From Nymphaea colorata (taxonomy: Eukaryota), in the NCBI RefSeq assembly GCF_008831285.2, contig NC_045138.2:2480001-2544000 (forward strand): a stretch of DNA of 64,000 nt, in the 5' to 3' direction. Shown in pieces: positions 1 through 14,736 of this stretch (position 1 is the first letter of the stretch; the number at the start of each line of letters is the position of its first letter). The notes beneath the pieces were generated by a model. The model worked only from the letters and a program-made list of their open reading frames with translations. It made no database searches and was not told the DNA's origin. The position numbers and the translations under genes are program-made.

Positions 1-222
1 TAAAAATATAAAATTTTAAGGAGCACCAATATGTAAATGAAAAAAAATGTTCATAAATATCAATATGAAAAATGAAAAGATTTTTATAGTCTGTATGGGC
101 CGTTGCCCATATATAACTCACACCTACCTTTTATAAATATCAATATAAAGATTTTTAGAGTCTGTACCTGCTTTGCTTTTGTTTTTGTGTGATGCTTTGG
201 GGTGACTAATGTTGGTACCTGA

Positions 223-535
223 TAGGTGGTTGGACTCGAGCCCAAGCTCAAACTAAAAAAAAAACAGAGTTTCGGGTCAGCCCAAGTAAGTCCGATTAAG
301 TTCGGTTCAGTTGGATAAGATTTTTTTAATATATATTTTATTGTTTTTTATATATAAATATAATATTTTATTATGATTAATTATATTTATATATTATTTT
401 ATGTTTAAAATATATATTTTTTAATTTAATTAAACCGGACTGAGGTTGGATTTTAAGTAAGTTGAGATCCAAACTGTTTCGGATGTGGGGCCGACCCTAA
501 GCCAAGAGTCGAAACTAGTTTTAGTTGACCGCCCT
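223..535. mobile_element. Degenerate MITE with AT-rich core and GC-rich arms (related copies near 48260-48450, 48747-48990, 49650-50175)
   Basis: Core TAAGATTTTTT(A)AATAT...TATATATAA..ATAAT..TTTTATTAT.ATTAATTAT is shared with 50018-50120 and, inverted, with 48280-48380. Boundaries approximate. Confidence 0.5.
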
Positions 536-708
536 TTAATAAAAAAAATACCGAAACCAAACATGGCTCGTGACACAGTTACAAGAAATATTAATTTTCT
601 ATGCAGATGAGTTGAGCAATCTGGTGATCGAATGAACAGATTGAAGCCTACTCTTACAATATTTTATGGATCAAATCTGAGTCGAAGTTGGTGTTGGCTT
701 GTGATGAA

Positions 709-1024
709 CCGACGTGATGTCACCCATGACACCAGCCAAGGAAAACTTTTCCATCCGTCATCCTCAACGAGTGCTGGAAAAGTATGAGCTCACGCCGTGC
801 TTTGACTCAAAACCGCAGAAAATAGCCTGAAGCTTATGGGATTACCTGAAACACCATCCTCCGTCTGCTGAATTTCTTCGTCCTCTGCCTCTTCGCGGCA
901 AAAATGGAAAAGTGGTGTTAACGTGGAGCACGCCGGCGGCCGACTGGCGCATAATTTTCCTGGAGGGACCGGCGGCAATCTCCGGTCATTAAATGTCCCA
1001 ACTTTCTCACGGTTTGCTATAAAA
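709..1024 (+). promoter_or_regulatory. OPR proximal promoter: as-1-like TGA element, DRE/GCC-like motifs and TATA box
   Basis: TGATGTCA (715-722) and TGACACCA (727-734) start 12 bp apart, the as-1 geometry. CCGAC cores occur near 709 and 940. TATAAAA lies at 1018-1024, about 95 bp before the ATG. Function is inferred only. Confidence 0.45.
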
Positions 1025-1118
1025 GGACTGCATTGCTTCTCCGCTGCCATCCGCGTCTCTGGCAATTTGTAGTGAGAAAGTAGTGAGAGAAACGGGAGGG
1101 AGGAAGAGAGAGGTAGCC

Positions 1119-3564
<2,446 letters not shown>

Positions 3565-6500
3565 AGTCTATACATGTTCATCAAATAAAGTTGCAGGGGA
3601 GGTGAGGCTGCTGAGATCAAATCCGTTCACCTTCGTTTAGACATATGAAGATTAATAACATGTACTTTTGTGTAAATCTTGCCCCCACATTGATCTCGTG
3701 CATCTTGGGTTCAAGAATTGAAGTGTCCCGGTTGTTGATCCTGCTACATAGGCTTTTATTAGGCTCCCAAGGATGCTGTATCTGAGGTTCTGAATAGCAG
3801 TCTAAGCATTGCAGTTAGGAATCATGAGGTGCGGGATGTTTTATCTAATGAGTTCAGAGGTTTAAGTAGACTATGGAATTTTGTTTCAGTGAGAATAAGG
3901 AAATTTAATATGCTCCATATTTTTTATTTTTGTTCTTCTTGGTGAGTTTTGATTATTGATCATGCTGTAGCACTTCTATTTGGCTCATTTCTTGTGAAGG
4001 CTTTCTGATCTCTCTTCTAGTTGAGCCAGAAACCATTTTGACACTTGAACAGCATCGTGTCAGTGTACCAAAAAACTTGTGTCTTTGATCGCTTCATACG
4101 TGCAATGGGGTTTATATTAGATTTGAACATGTGAGACAGTGATTCATGCTTGTCAACCCTGATTAGCTTTTCCCTGACTTGGAAAGTATTTATTGGCAGT
4201 GTTTATGTGGTTTCGTCTGATTGGAGAAACCTTTGGCAGTGTTAAAATTAAAAGTATTTATTGCATACCTTCTCAAAGGACATGCCTTAAGATTGATGCT
4301 TTCAAGTTAAACACTAAGAACCTAGCTTGGATTGGTGTTCATGTGTTCATGTGTATTTTAGATGTGAACCCAGATTTATTTGCTGGTTTAAATGTTTCAG
4401 TAGTTAGAGGTTTCATTCTCTTCATGTGATTATGTCTAATTCTTGAAATACCATGGGAAAGTTTGGCTTTTTATGATGCCGAAAGATCTACAAAAATCTA
4501 TTTGAAGATCAAGTCTTCAAAACCTTGTGAAGGTCAAGTCTTCCAGGTTGAAAAGGAACCAATTTGGGAGATCAATGGGTCAGATTTTTCTGACTACCAG
4601 CAGATATCACGACTTTGATAGTTTGATTGGTCAGGTTTGGTAAAGAAAAGCAAATGTGGTAGGAAAATAATTAATCAAGTTTTGCAGTTTGCTTCCTTTG
4701 CTGCATCTGAATATGGTTTCCCACCTGGCTAGCTAATATCGAGCTTTGTTGGATCTTGAAATATCTTGACCAGACCAGAACTTAAGCCTCAATCTTCTGT
4801 GCTTCATGATTTTCCCAAATCAATTTACTTCTTAAAGTTCCTGTCTGGTGGTAAAACTCTTCTTAATCTATGTCCAGTTTGTGCTTTATCCATTGGCAAA
4901 CTCTTATATTAGCATGTGCCGCCTGCGGCTTTAATCAAGTTAGGACTTTTCCGGCTTGTCTTGCACACATTCAACATAAGTTCGAATCCAGACTAAATCC
5001 TCTTAAGAGCAACAGTAGAACCAACTGCATGTGCGTCCTTTGACACTGTGCTGTGCATAACATTTGCAAAGAGTGATGTCCTTTCGATGTGAATCGCAAT
5101 TGCCCGAATCACACACAGCCAATTACCAACTCCGTTACACTGATTACTTAAACACAAAGATTGGCATTTTATCTGTATCTTCTTTTTCACCTTATTATTA
5201 AATTGCCCAACAGCAACGATGTTTGATCTAGTTGTCAATATACTCTTATCAGTTCATTGTCAAGCCTCACAGAGTCATATGTGTGGTCTAAGTTGTAGGA
5301 TAACGCACACACATTTGGTGACCTGAACTCAATTTGAACGACGGCCAAATGCCAACTTCACTGTGCCGACTTAACTCTGGCTCGGTGTGAATTCTTTCTA
5401 GGCCTGCTGCCTCCATTACTCGACCTTTTCTGCCTTACTTTACAGGATGTATAAGACTTCTAGTTGCCAAAGTGGATAAGAGTTTTAGGAACTCAAAACA
5501 GATCATTTTCACACAGATTGGAAAAGCCAAAACTGTTCTTCTCAAGCTTGGACTAAGACGTAAAGATCAAAGTCTCAATGATAGAAGTGATTGGATGTAA
5601 AGAGACGAGAACAGAAAAAGAAATGTCGTAAGCTAGGAATCGTCAGGGCATTAGCATCATTTTCGTCTGTAACACTATTTGACAGTGCTGGTAGTGGCAG
5701 AACAAGTCAAAATTGGCAGCAACGAATGTCCTAAAGCTGTTGAAAAGAAGCAGCATCCTTTCTGCTTGAAAGTTTGTGGGAATCTAATTCCCCAAGCGTA
5801 CGGGGTTGAGGCAGGAAGGGATTTACTGTACCTTTCTTTTCTCTTGCATGCATAGGTACATCCATACGTGTGTGTACCAAAGCATGACCGTTGCTTGCAC
5901 GGGCGTGTGCATTCAAGAGAGACATAGCAGACAAAATGAAAATATAATTGCCGAAAGAAGGGGCGACAATGTCTCCAAAAGTTACAAAGAAAGTGGCAAA
6001 CAAAAGAAGAAAAGAAAATACAAAAATACAAAATTCTGAAGAGAGAGAGAGAGAGAAAGAGAGAGCTTTGGTTTTGGTTTCTCACGTTAACATTTCATTG
6101 GGTAGTTTCCTTATTTAATTGAACCAAATGAATGTTAGGTAGATGTGCCGCAAGGGGGCATATAGATAACTGCACAACAAAGCAGCTTACATTCGATACA
6201 CCCGACATTCGAGTCCGGTTGTGTTACTTTTTTGGACTGCAATCAATGGTAAACATGACACCCAAGTTAAAAGAATATCCCGGATGTTCATCCAAGTTCT
6301 AAAACAAGTCAAAACCTTATTGATACGAGATTTATGACCTTGAGGGTTCTATGCTAAAGACGGTTTCTCCTAAATAAACACTAAAAAAAATGTTAGATAT
6401 ATGTTGATCTCCGGACTGTTTTTCATGTTAAACTCATGCTACCATACATTAATTTTATTACCACAGAAATGAGTCGCTTAGGGTTTAGGGTTTAAACTAA

Positions 6501-6925
6501 TGACCCAAAAGTGAGTGCAAACCCATGTGTCCATGGTATTGTCCTTGTAAGACGGTTTGTGGATTTATTGTCCTTATAAAAGAACCGTATGTTAAAGGCC
6601 CGTTGTCACATAAAACGCGTACTATTTAAAAAAAAGTACGTATTGTTCGAAAAACAAACACGTATAGTACTCGAGAAATAAGTAAGCCATATAAAACAAC
6701 AATTAGACACAACTTTTTTAAAAAATTCTAGAAAATAAAAAACATGAAAAAATGCATATTGTACATATTTTTTCTTTTTTCTTATTAATTTTTAGTATTT
6801 ATTAAATGTTTTAAATTTTTTGAAAAATTATCGAGATTTTATCAAGATATACAACTTTACTGTATTATGCTCGAGAAATTTCTCGCCTTATAATACCCAT
6901 ACACGATATATGTGACAATTGTTAA

Positions 6926-7509
6926 AGCTACGTTTGACAGCCTCGGATATGATATCTACGTTACTAAGCATCCAAGGGGTCCTAAAACAATGTAAGTGTG
7001 ATTTTATGATGTAATGCAGATTTCAAATATGCAATTGTGGAATCCACTGTTCGCTTCAGCAGTGGATTGCACTTAACCAGTGTTTAAGGCTGTACATGAG
7101 TCGAACCAGCTTGACTAAACAAACTCGAGCTCGGGCTCAACTTACTTAAGTCGCTTTAACTCTTTTTTGTTAAGATGTCTTGTTTCTTTTAACTCGCTTA
7201 GCTCGTCCATGCATTTAACTTAATTATTCAACTATGATGAACCGGTTTTACGTAGTTGAGTCTACCCAAGTTCTTATCACTCGAATTCGACTCATTTAAC
7301 ACTGACTCATTTAACACTTCAAGTATGAATTTAAACTTGAGCTCGGCTGGTTTATAATGAATCGAGCTCGAGTCTAATTTTTTTGAGCGAGGTGGAGTTG
7401 AGCCCAAACTGGCTTGATTCTTGTACAGTCCCACCAGCATCTAAGATAAGGAATCCACTGTTTGTTTCAGCAGTGGATTTCACTTACCCAGCAGCTGTCA
7501 AACATGAAC
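6926..7509. mobile_element. Tourist/PIF-Harbinger-like MITE interrupted by a hAT-type MITE
   Basis: Inverted GTTTGACAGC (6932-6941) and GCTGTCAAAC (7494-7503), each 6 nt inside a TAA triplet (6923-6925, 7510-7512). An internal AATCCACTG..CAGTGGATT hairpin module occurs twice (~7040-7080 and ~7451-7491). Confidence 0.65.
7085..7433. mobile_element. hAT-like MITE, family A (GAGCTCG/CTCGAG-rich)
   Basis: Termini TAAGGCTGTACA / TGTACAGTCCCA. Degraded 8-bp TSD CCAGTGTT/CCAGCATC. Same family as 9153, 19759 and 60314. Confidence 0.65.
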
Positions 7510-9152
7510 TAAATTTATTATTTTGATTTTATTTTATGACAAGGAAGCAACTTTTGGCTCATGGAAAAGAGAGAATATATATTTTGGGTGATGAGCCTTT
7601 GCAATTCCTTTGGCTTGAATGTTCTAAACCGACCCACAAACCTCAACTGTGCTCCCGGGCATCAAACTTTGCATTGATTATTTATTTATTTTTGAGAAGA
7701 CAAAGAAAGAACAACAAAAATTCAACATACATTGTTAGGCTTCTGGTTGGTGAAACCCTCTTCGATCCCCCGTTACAATTGAATCTACAGATCATGAAAA
7801 CTCGAGAAACTGAATTCTTATTCATATCATGATCATGTCATATTTTAAAATATTTTAAAAATATTTTTTCATTATTTTTATTTTTTTAAGAAAAATGATT
7901 TTTTAAATCAACTCATGAGCTAGTGGAGAGAAAAGGAGCTTCTGGGGACTTGAGATTTAGAACTTCGTGTAAGAACTCACCGGATTCAATGGTTGCCTTT
8001 TCATGGGCAATCAATAGTGCAAAGATAAATTTCAAGAAAGTGACCTTTTGGCCCTATTTTTTTTATGTAGAATTTAAAAAAGAGCTACCATTTGCATAAA
8101 AACAATACTTTTCATGAAAATCATCAAACTACAATTTTTTTTTTATAGAAAAAATTTCATTAATATGAGCAGCAGAAAAAGTAGCTACAATTTTTTTTTC
8201 CCAATCCCATTATCTCTTACCAAACTACATTCTTATTGTTTTAGCTCACAATAAGTTAACTCTATGATGACCATATATAGAAATTTTTATAACAAATGCA
8301 TGTCTTTTTTTTCAAAATACAGAAAAAATAGCCCAAAGTGGAAATTTTCTAGTGTTTACATGTGGCTCCTCCCCTTTGTTTTGTCATCATATATGTGCTA
8401 ATTACTAGCCTTTTTTTTTTCTCCAACGCAAAGTTTCAACTTAATTTATTCAATTATTCTAATTGAGCATGAAGAATCCTTTTATTCCACCTTTGAATGC
8501 CTTCCACCAAGATGACATATATCCTCCCTTTATTTTTTCTTTAACAACCCTAGAATCCTTCACTTTGGACACAGAATAAGGCTATGGCTTCCACATGTTC
8601 ATCTAGGAAGGGCTCAATTCCCATGAGAAGACTGCCAAATGCAAAGGTGGGGCTCTCCTATTGCTTCAACCAAACACTTAGCTCCCACTTTACATGGGCG
8701 TACAAATTTGGGTATCTAAAGATTCTAAACAATGTGTTTTATATATCTGCTAGATGCTCAGCCCTCAAAAAAAAATATGCAAATGAGTGGATTGTCCACA
8801 TTGGGATCTTTTTCACTATAGAACATCTTTTTTTTTAAGGCCTTGTAGTCATAGCGGGCTTAAGAAAAAGTAGGAATCTTTTTTTTCAAGAGGGTCCCTT
8901 GAGATGATAGAAAAGAACATTATGAATTGAGGGAAGGGAAGTCATTTATTCCATTCTATTGCCCGGCTAAATGCTGGAGCGCCTAACCAACTCCTTGTCT
9001 CCATAGGGTATATGGTCTGCTTTCGGTGTTTCGATGAACTGCTCCTACTATGCTTCAATTTGTGTATTGGTAACCTTTTTTTTACAGTATAAAGTGTTTG
9101 ATATATTGGGAATTTGAAACGGAGACTGGTCGCCTGCTAGCCCCCACACTAC

Positions 9153-9633
9153 TAGGGCTGTTCATGAGCGAGTTCGAGCGAGTTGAGCCAGCTAGAACTC
9201 GCTTGTGTGTCTTGAAAGGAACTCAAACTCGGCCCAAGCTCGACTCAAGTTCAATTTCATTAGCTCGAGCTCGACTCGGCTTGAGTTCTTAAAACTCGAA
9301 CTCGGCTTGATTAAGCTCGAGCCGAACATTGGCTTGAGCCAAGCCAAGCATTTCAAAAATTTATGTTTTAAAGGAAGAGGTCACATGCATACCCATTTGA
9401 GCAATCTATTTTTTTTTATAACTTTATGAGACATATTTTACATATTTTCTTTCTCGAGCTTAAACCAGTTTAACCGAGCCGAGCCCACTTAACTCGACCT
9501 CGACTCGTTTAGGTTGTCGAGTTCATTTCTTAACTTGAACTCGACTCGTTTAATAAATGAGTCGAGTTCAAGTCAAGTTTATCGAACGAGTTTGAGTCGA
9601 AGTCGAGTTAGTTCGACTCGTTGAACAGCCTTA
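9153..9633. mobile_element. hAT-like MITE, family A
   Basis: TIRs TAGGGCTGTTCA / TGAACAGCCTTA. Many AGCTCG/CGAG subterminal repeats. Flanks CACACTAC / CACATTGT are consistent with a decayed 8-bp TSD (three transitions). Confidence 0.75.
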
Positions 9634-10117
9634 CACATTGTACATTGCTACAACACCCGCTGGCACATTTATTCCTTTCTAGCAACTGCAAAATTTGATA
9701 AGGAAACAAGATCAAAAAAGAAATATGACAATAAAGAACTAAAAGCATGCTACTTGGAACTTTTCCATAGTGGGACATGATGTGCATCACTTGCTTGCCT
9801 GGATGGCCAGTAGTTCAAGATGGAAAGCTCGTATCTTAGTGTTTCATGTGTCATGGTGATTAAAAAGATGTGACCATGGGTGATGCTAGCCAGCTTCTAA
9901 TGCATGTCCAAAACATTTATTTTTGAGTAGTTGGCATGAGGACATTTATTTTTTTTTTTACTTTCACAATTTTTTGTGGCATTTTAATGCAAAAGTCCCC
10001 TCGTTTATTGAAATGTTGTAAAAATGCAATGATAGTAGTTGTCATGTCCACATCAACATGTCTAAGAGCATATTCTATTTGTCATGTTCATGTCATGTTT
10101 GGAGATGAACAAGCTTA

Positions 10118-10216
10118 GACGCTGTTTGGGAATGTAAACAGTCCAATGAATCTAACTAATTTTTTGGGTTAGATACATGGAACAGTAACATAATGTTCCT
10201 ATTCCTAAACGGCGTC
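10118..10216. mobile_element. 99-bp Tourist-like MITE
   Basis: TIRs GACGCTGTTTGGGAAT / ATTCCTAAACGGCGTC, with a TTA target duplication at 10115-10117 and 10217-10219. Confidence 0.7.
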
Positions 10217-10217
10217 T

Positions 10218-10641
10218 TAGGGATATCGATGCATCGAATTTGGATTGAATATTTAAGATAATTACTACCAAAAAATCAAATATGTTAAATAATTTAACAT
10301 CCAATTGAGAAATTGAACCAGATTCAAATTTAAGACATGACATCTTATCATATTCATGTTTGGATTCGGTTTTAAATAATAAAATATATGCCCACTTGGA
10401 TTTGGTTTAACTTCAAATTCAGTTTCAAATTAAGTATTGTATACTGATTTCCATACATATTGACAGTCAGCTCCTAATTTATCATAATGAAGTTCAGATT
10501 TGGTTGTATACATAAAAGTCATATTCAAATTTGAACATGAAAATAAAAATTGGGATTCGGATTGTGAATTTTAAAATTGAATACAAACATGGTGTAGATT
10601 TTTTTCTATTGGTATTTGAATCCAAATATGTGAACATCCAA
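10218..10641. mobile_element. hAT-like MITE, family B (GATTCGGATT/AATCC-rich)
   Basis: Begins TAGGGATATCGATG and ends TGAACATCCAA. Resembles copies at 11169, 18430 and ~59214. Boundaries approximate. Confidence 0.55.
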
Positions 10642-10847
10642 TAAATCCAGTATGGTAAAAAGTACATCCATAGGGAATTGAATCCATTGGGATCCCTAAA
10701 ACAAACAATTCATGCATTCAACCCCATCATCTATGTTGTGTTTAGAGTATAAAACACTATCATAAGGGTTGGAACCCAAATTTTTTCCTAGGGGGATGAG
10801 AGTAGTTGACTGTTGGAGGGGCCAATATATTTTCCAAAAGTTAAGTT

Positions 10848-11168
10848 TGTACCTGGGCCAAAATAAAAATTCCAAAAAATTAGCATGTAAATTCTAAATT
10901 TCCTAAATTTGAAAGGGGCCATTGCCCTAGGTGGGCCCACCTCGGCTCCGACACTATATTCTTTTGAAAAAAATTGCATCTGGGCCGAAATAAAAAATCC
11001 AAAAAAATAAGCATGTAAATTCTAAATTTCCAAAATCTGAGGGAGGCCATGGCCCCTACTGCCCCCACAATATATTTTTTGAAAATTTGTACCTAGGCTG
11101 AAATAAAAATTTCAAAAATTTGACCACATAAATTCTAAATTTTTATAATCTGAGGGGAGCCATGGCAC
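10848..11168. repeat. Tandem triplication (~110-130 bp units) of a MITE-derived segment
   Basis: Three copies of TTG(T/C)A(C/T)CT(G/A)GGC..AAATAAAAA..CAAAAA...TAAATTCTAAATTT....AAT(C/T)TGA..GG.GCCAT. Related GGCTCCG/GGAGCC-type elements occur at 12379-12492, 36113-36290 and 49085-49285. Confidence 0.7.
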
Positions 11169-11544
11169 TAGGGATGTCAATGAATTGGATTTGATCAAAT
11201 ATACTCTTAATCATATCTGTTTTTTCGGATATTCACATATTCAAATTCAAATATAGAAAAGTCATATCTGAATCTGAATCCAAAATCTGACTTACAATTT
11301 GAATTCATCTGAATCTGATTTTTATATTTATATCTGAATCCGAATCTGAATTTTGAACCAAATTTTTCCAGTTTTCAGCATTAGATATAGGATATTTGTC
11401 TAAAAATAAATCAGATCCAAATGCATATCTAAATCCAATCTGATTTCTTAATCAAATATTAATTTTTTTGTGTCATACCTAATTTTTTGGTACCGATTCA
11501 GTTAGATATCTGATTCAAATAGGATATATTGGCTTTGCCCCCTG
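11169..11544. mobile_element. hAT-like MITE, family B
   Basis: Starts TAGGGATGTCAATG (Ac/Ds-like terminus) and has repeated ATCTGAATCCGAATC motifs. Right end is degraded. Confidence 0.6.
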
Positions 11545-12009
11545 CTGTTCTTGTATTCAATCCCCTCATAAGATGGTAGCTCATATTCATGAGCCAGAAA
11601 AGGTTTTCTTTTTTTTTTTCCTTTTTCTTTTTCTTTGCTGTTTCCTGATTTATTTTTATGGAGGGGCTTTTTGCCACTGGTTTTCATTGTTTGTGCACAT
11701 AGTATTTATAGTATGATACTCTCTCTCTCTCCCTCTCTCTCTCTCATGGGCTTTTGGTGCCAAAATGGGTGGACAGCAACAGAAAGATGAAATGTCCTTG
11801 GAGAAATGTATGTTTAGTTCCAAAGCTTCACTCCTGCCAACAACCAGGGAATTGGATAAGTAAAAAATTTTGATCTTTCCCTTGCCTTGTGCTTTGCTGA
11901 CATTTGGATAGGACACTCTTGTTTGTTGGTTAGCACCATACTGTTCTTGTGCACATTTTTATTATCTTTGTGCAAAAGTATGCATGCGCACACATGCACG
12001 TATGCATAT

Positions 12010-12230
12010 CAATGATATAAAAACCGCGATTACGACCAAATCAGTGGCAAACCAATTCGATTCAGTGGCTGATCTATAGGTGCCATGCTTCATTTTTATT
12101 ATATCTACAAAGTTTTAAGGATTTTTATTCTCAATTTCATTTAATTTAATTTTAAGAATAAATATAATAATATCTATTTGGATTCACAAAAGCCCATTCT
12201 ATTCAAAAACCCTGTTTTTTTATAACATTG
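12010..12230. mobile_element. Small MITE
   Basis: TIRs CAATGATATAAAAA / TTTTTATAACATTG (13/14 match). Confidence 0.55.
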
Positions 12231-12425
12231 GTGTGCATGCATCCAAGTATGCGATGTGTGCTTTAAGCTTGCACTAGAGGGATGGGAAAGAAGACAAAAG
12301 GATACATTTTGAGGTATGAGACACTTCATACATGTGCAAATGAGTTTTCAAACATGAGACAAAGTGCCCCAAGGGGTATGGGTGGAGCCAAGGTAGGGCC
12401 TGCTTGGGCCTTGGCCCCACCTCAA

Positions 12426-12467
<42 letters not shown>

Positions 12468-14736
12468 TGAAAAATTTCTGGCTCTGCGCCTGCTAAAGAA
12501 CATAGTTCAAATGGGCAGGCTGAGGGTGCGCGCTGCGCATGCTTAGTTTGACTTGCGAGGGGCTATGCTCTTATACTAAAAAGGGTAGTCGGTTTTACAT
12601 GTAATTTGAAGCATGCTATCCCACCACCTAATACTGATGCAGTATTGGACCCTAGGGGCAGGGGAAAAGGGAAAGCTTTGGCTCTTGTTTGGGTGGTGGG
12701 ATAACATCCCGCTCACCCAACCATGAGATACAGTTTATTAATAACTTAATTACCCAAATTTTGACATACATCTTCCAACTTATTGAAATATAAGAATTTA
12801 GAATTATTGTTCATTTATTAAATTTACATACTACAATTGAAAAGGTAAAACTAATTAGATTTACCTTCTTGTCATCTTCTGCAGTGTATTTATTTCAAGT
12901 TATAGAAAGTGGACTCTTTACTTTTGGATTTTTAGATTTATATCATATTAACATACAAGTTGAATTTGTTAATGATTAGACAATTGTAAATGTTGAATAT
13001 ATTAATATTAGTGTTTCATTTTCATTGGCTTTGTTTTCTGTTGATATATTGGTACTTGCCACACAGTTTTTTTTTTTTTTTGAAATATGCAATTATAGAT
13101 CTTGTTATCAACTCAATTATTGCTTGATGGTATGGATTATACATGTGGTCAAGTCATTTTACAACTTTTTTTTTTATATTTAAATGACAAGTTATGTAGT
13201 GTTTTTCTTTCAAAAATAATAGTTAACAAAACCTGGGCCAAGTCATCGAGTTGACCTGCTGAGTCAGGAGTCAAGAATGAACGAGTCGATTCCCAAGTCA
13301 CCTTGTTTTAAAACATTGGTTGCAATGAAGGCATTTTTCTTGTTATGTATTTTCATGATAGCTCATATCATGATTATTAAAGATTCTAGATAGAGCTCGA
13401 CCCTAATTTGTCAGACATCCTTATTATTAGTTTGATGCCTATGGGCATTAATGTCTTTGTGTTAATGAGGTTTGAATATTATATTAGCTGACATACATTG
13501 GATTCACACCAGACATTAACGCAGCCCCGGATCCTAAGGCCAAAGGAAAAGGAAACAACCCAGAAAGGGGGGGTGGGCGGGGGTGGTGTTCTCATTCTGA
13601 ACAGTAGGGTGAAATACTCCACTCACACTTCGAAATTAGTTTTTATGTAATTTAATTGGTAAAAATTACTCGGAACAATGTCAAAGCTTCAAGTTTGTTA
13701 ATAGTATTACAATGTTTGATTTTCATGTCATTCATTGTCCATTGCACTTCATTAGCTCTCATGAGAGTCTAGCTCAACATTTGATCTTAACTTTAAAATG
13801 GCGCCAAATTACATTATTGAATGAAACTATAATCAGCACACCAATTTGAGCTTCAGTGGTCCTCAAGCAACTGACACTTTTTTTTTTTTTCTTCTGCAGT
13901 TAATTCATCATTTTTTTGGCGAATCAGAATTCAATAGTTCAGGTTTTCATGGACATTTCACTTGGAAACTGCTCCTTTTTTTCCCTTATTGGTTCAGCAG
14001 TTTATGTTAACATCAGGGACACTCAACCCAATGTCTAGAACACACTAAGAAAGATATATATTCTTAAATATAATACTCACAAAGCATATATAAAGCATAA
14101 TGATTGAGCAGTGACATGCATGTACAATCTAATTAAAAAAGTAAACATGCATTCCTTCCCCAAAAAGTGGCTATATATTCTGAATACTTGGCTAACTGTG
14201 ATTTGGTCATGTCAATTAATTGGACACATACTCTTGGATCTGTTTGTTCAGAATTGCAGATAAATTGTTATAGACTCTAAAATCATTGAATCTTTGGTTC
14301 TAATAAACAAAATCAACCACTCAAATAAGCCAATATAAGATTTGATATTATGTTTTGCATGTTTAGAATCTTGAAAAGGAAGTTAGCAAAAAGTTCTCCT
14401 AGTGCAGCTAAACAAATGGAGAGAGACAGAGGGGGAGGTGTCTCACCATGATAGTGACAAATAAAATGACAGCAGCTGGGACCCTAGAGAATAGCCATTC
14501 ATTGCATAAAGAGGGATAAAGCTTAATATATATATGACCAACTTGAAAGAATGTTGATTTGCAAAAGTTGGTCCATAGACTACCCAAAAGTGCTGCTTTG
14601 CTATATCAGCCCCCCTAAGGCTTTCTTCTAAGTTGTGAAGGCAGTGAGAGAGGAAACACAGAAGCAGCAGCAGCAGCAGCAGCCTTGAAGCTAGTCTAAA
14701 CTAGTGGAAGGTTGTCTGTTAAGACTCCAACTACAT

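Noticed and set aside
3942..4020. Possible 79-nt GTGAGT..TTCTAG intron downstream of the OPR stop
   Set aside because: An isolated signal ~380 nt past the stop, probably beyond the poly(A) site; cannot be supported without transcripts.
5675..6085. Overlapping 77-136 aa ORFs near a GA repeat
   Set aside because: Low-complexity, biased composition; no domain or splice support.
6478..6493. TTAGGGTTTAGGGTTT telomere-like motif
   Set aside because: Only about two units; too short to call an interstitial telomeric array.
6537..6556. tasiARF-like TTGTCCTTGTAAGAC
   Set aside because: Too many mismatches and no flanking miR390 sites, so not a TAS3 locus.
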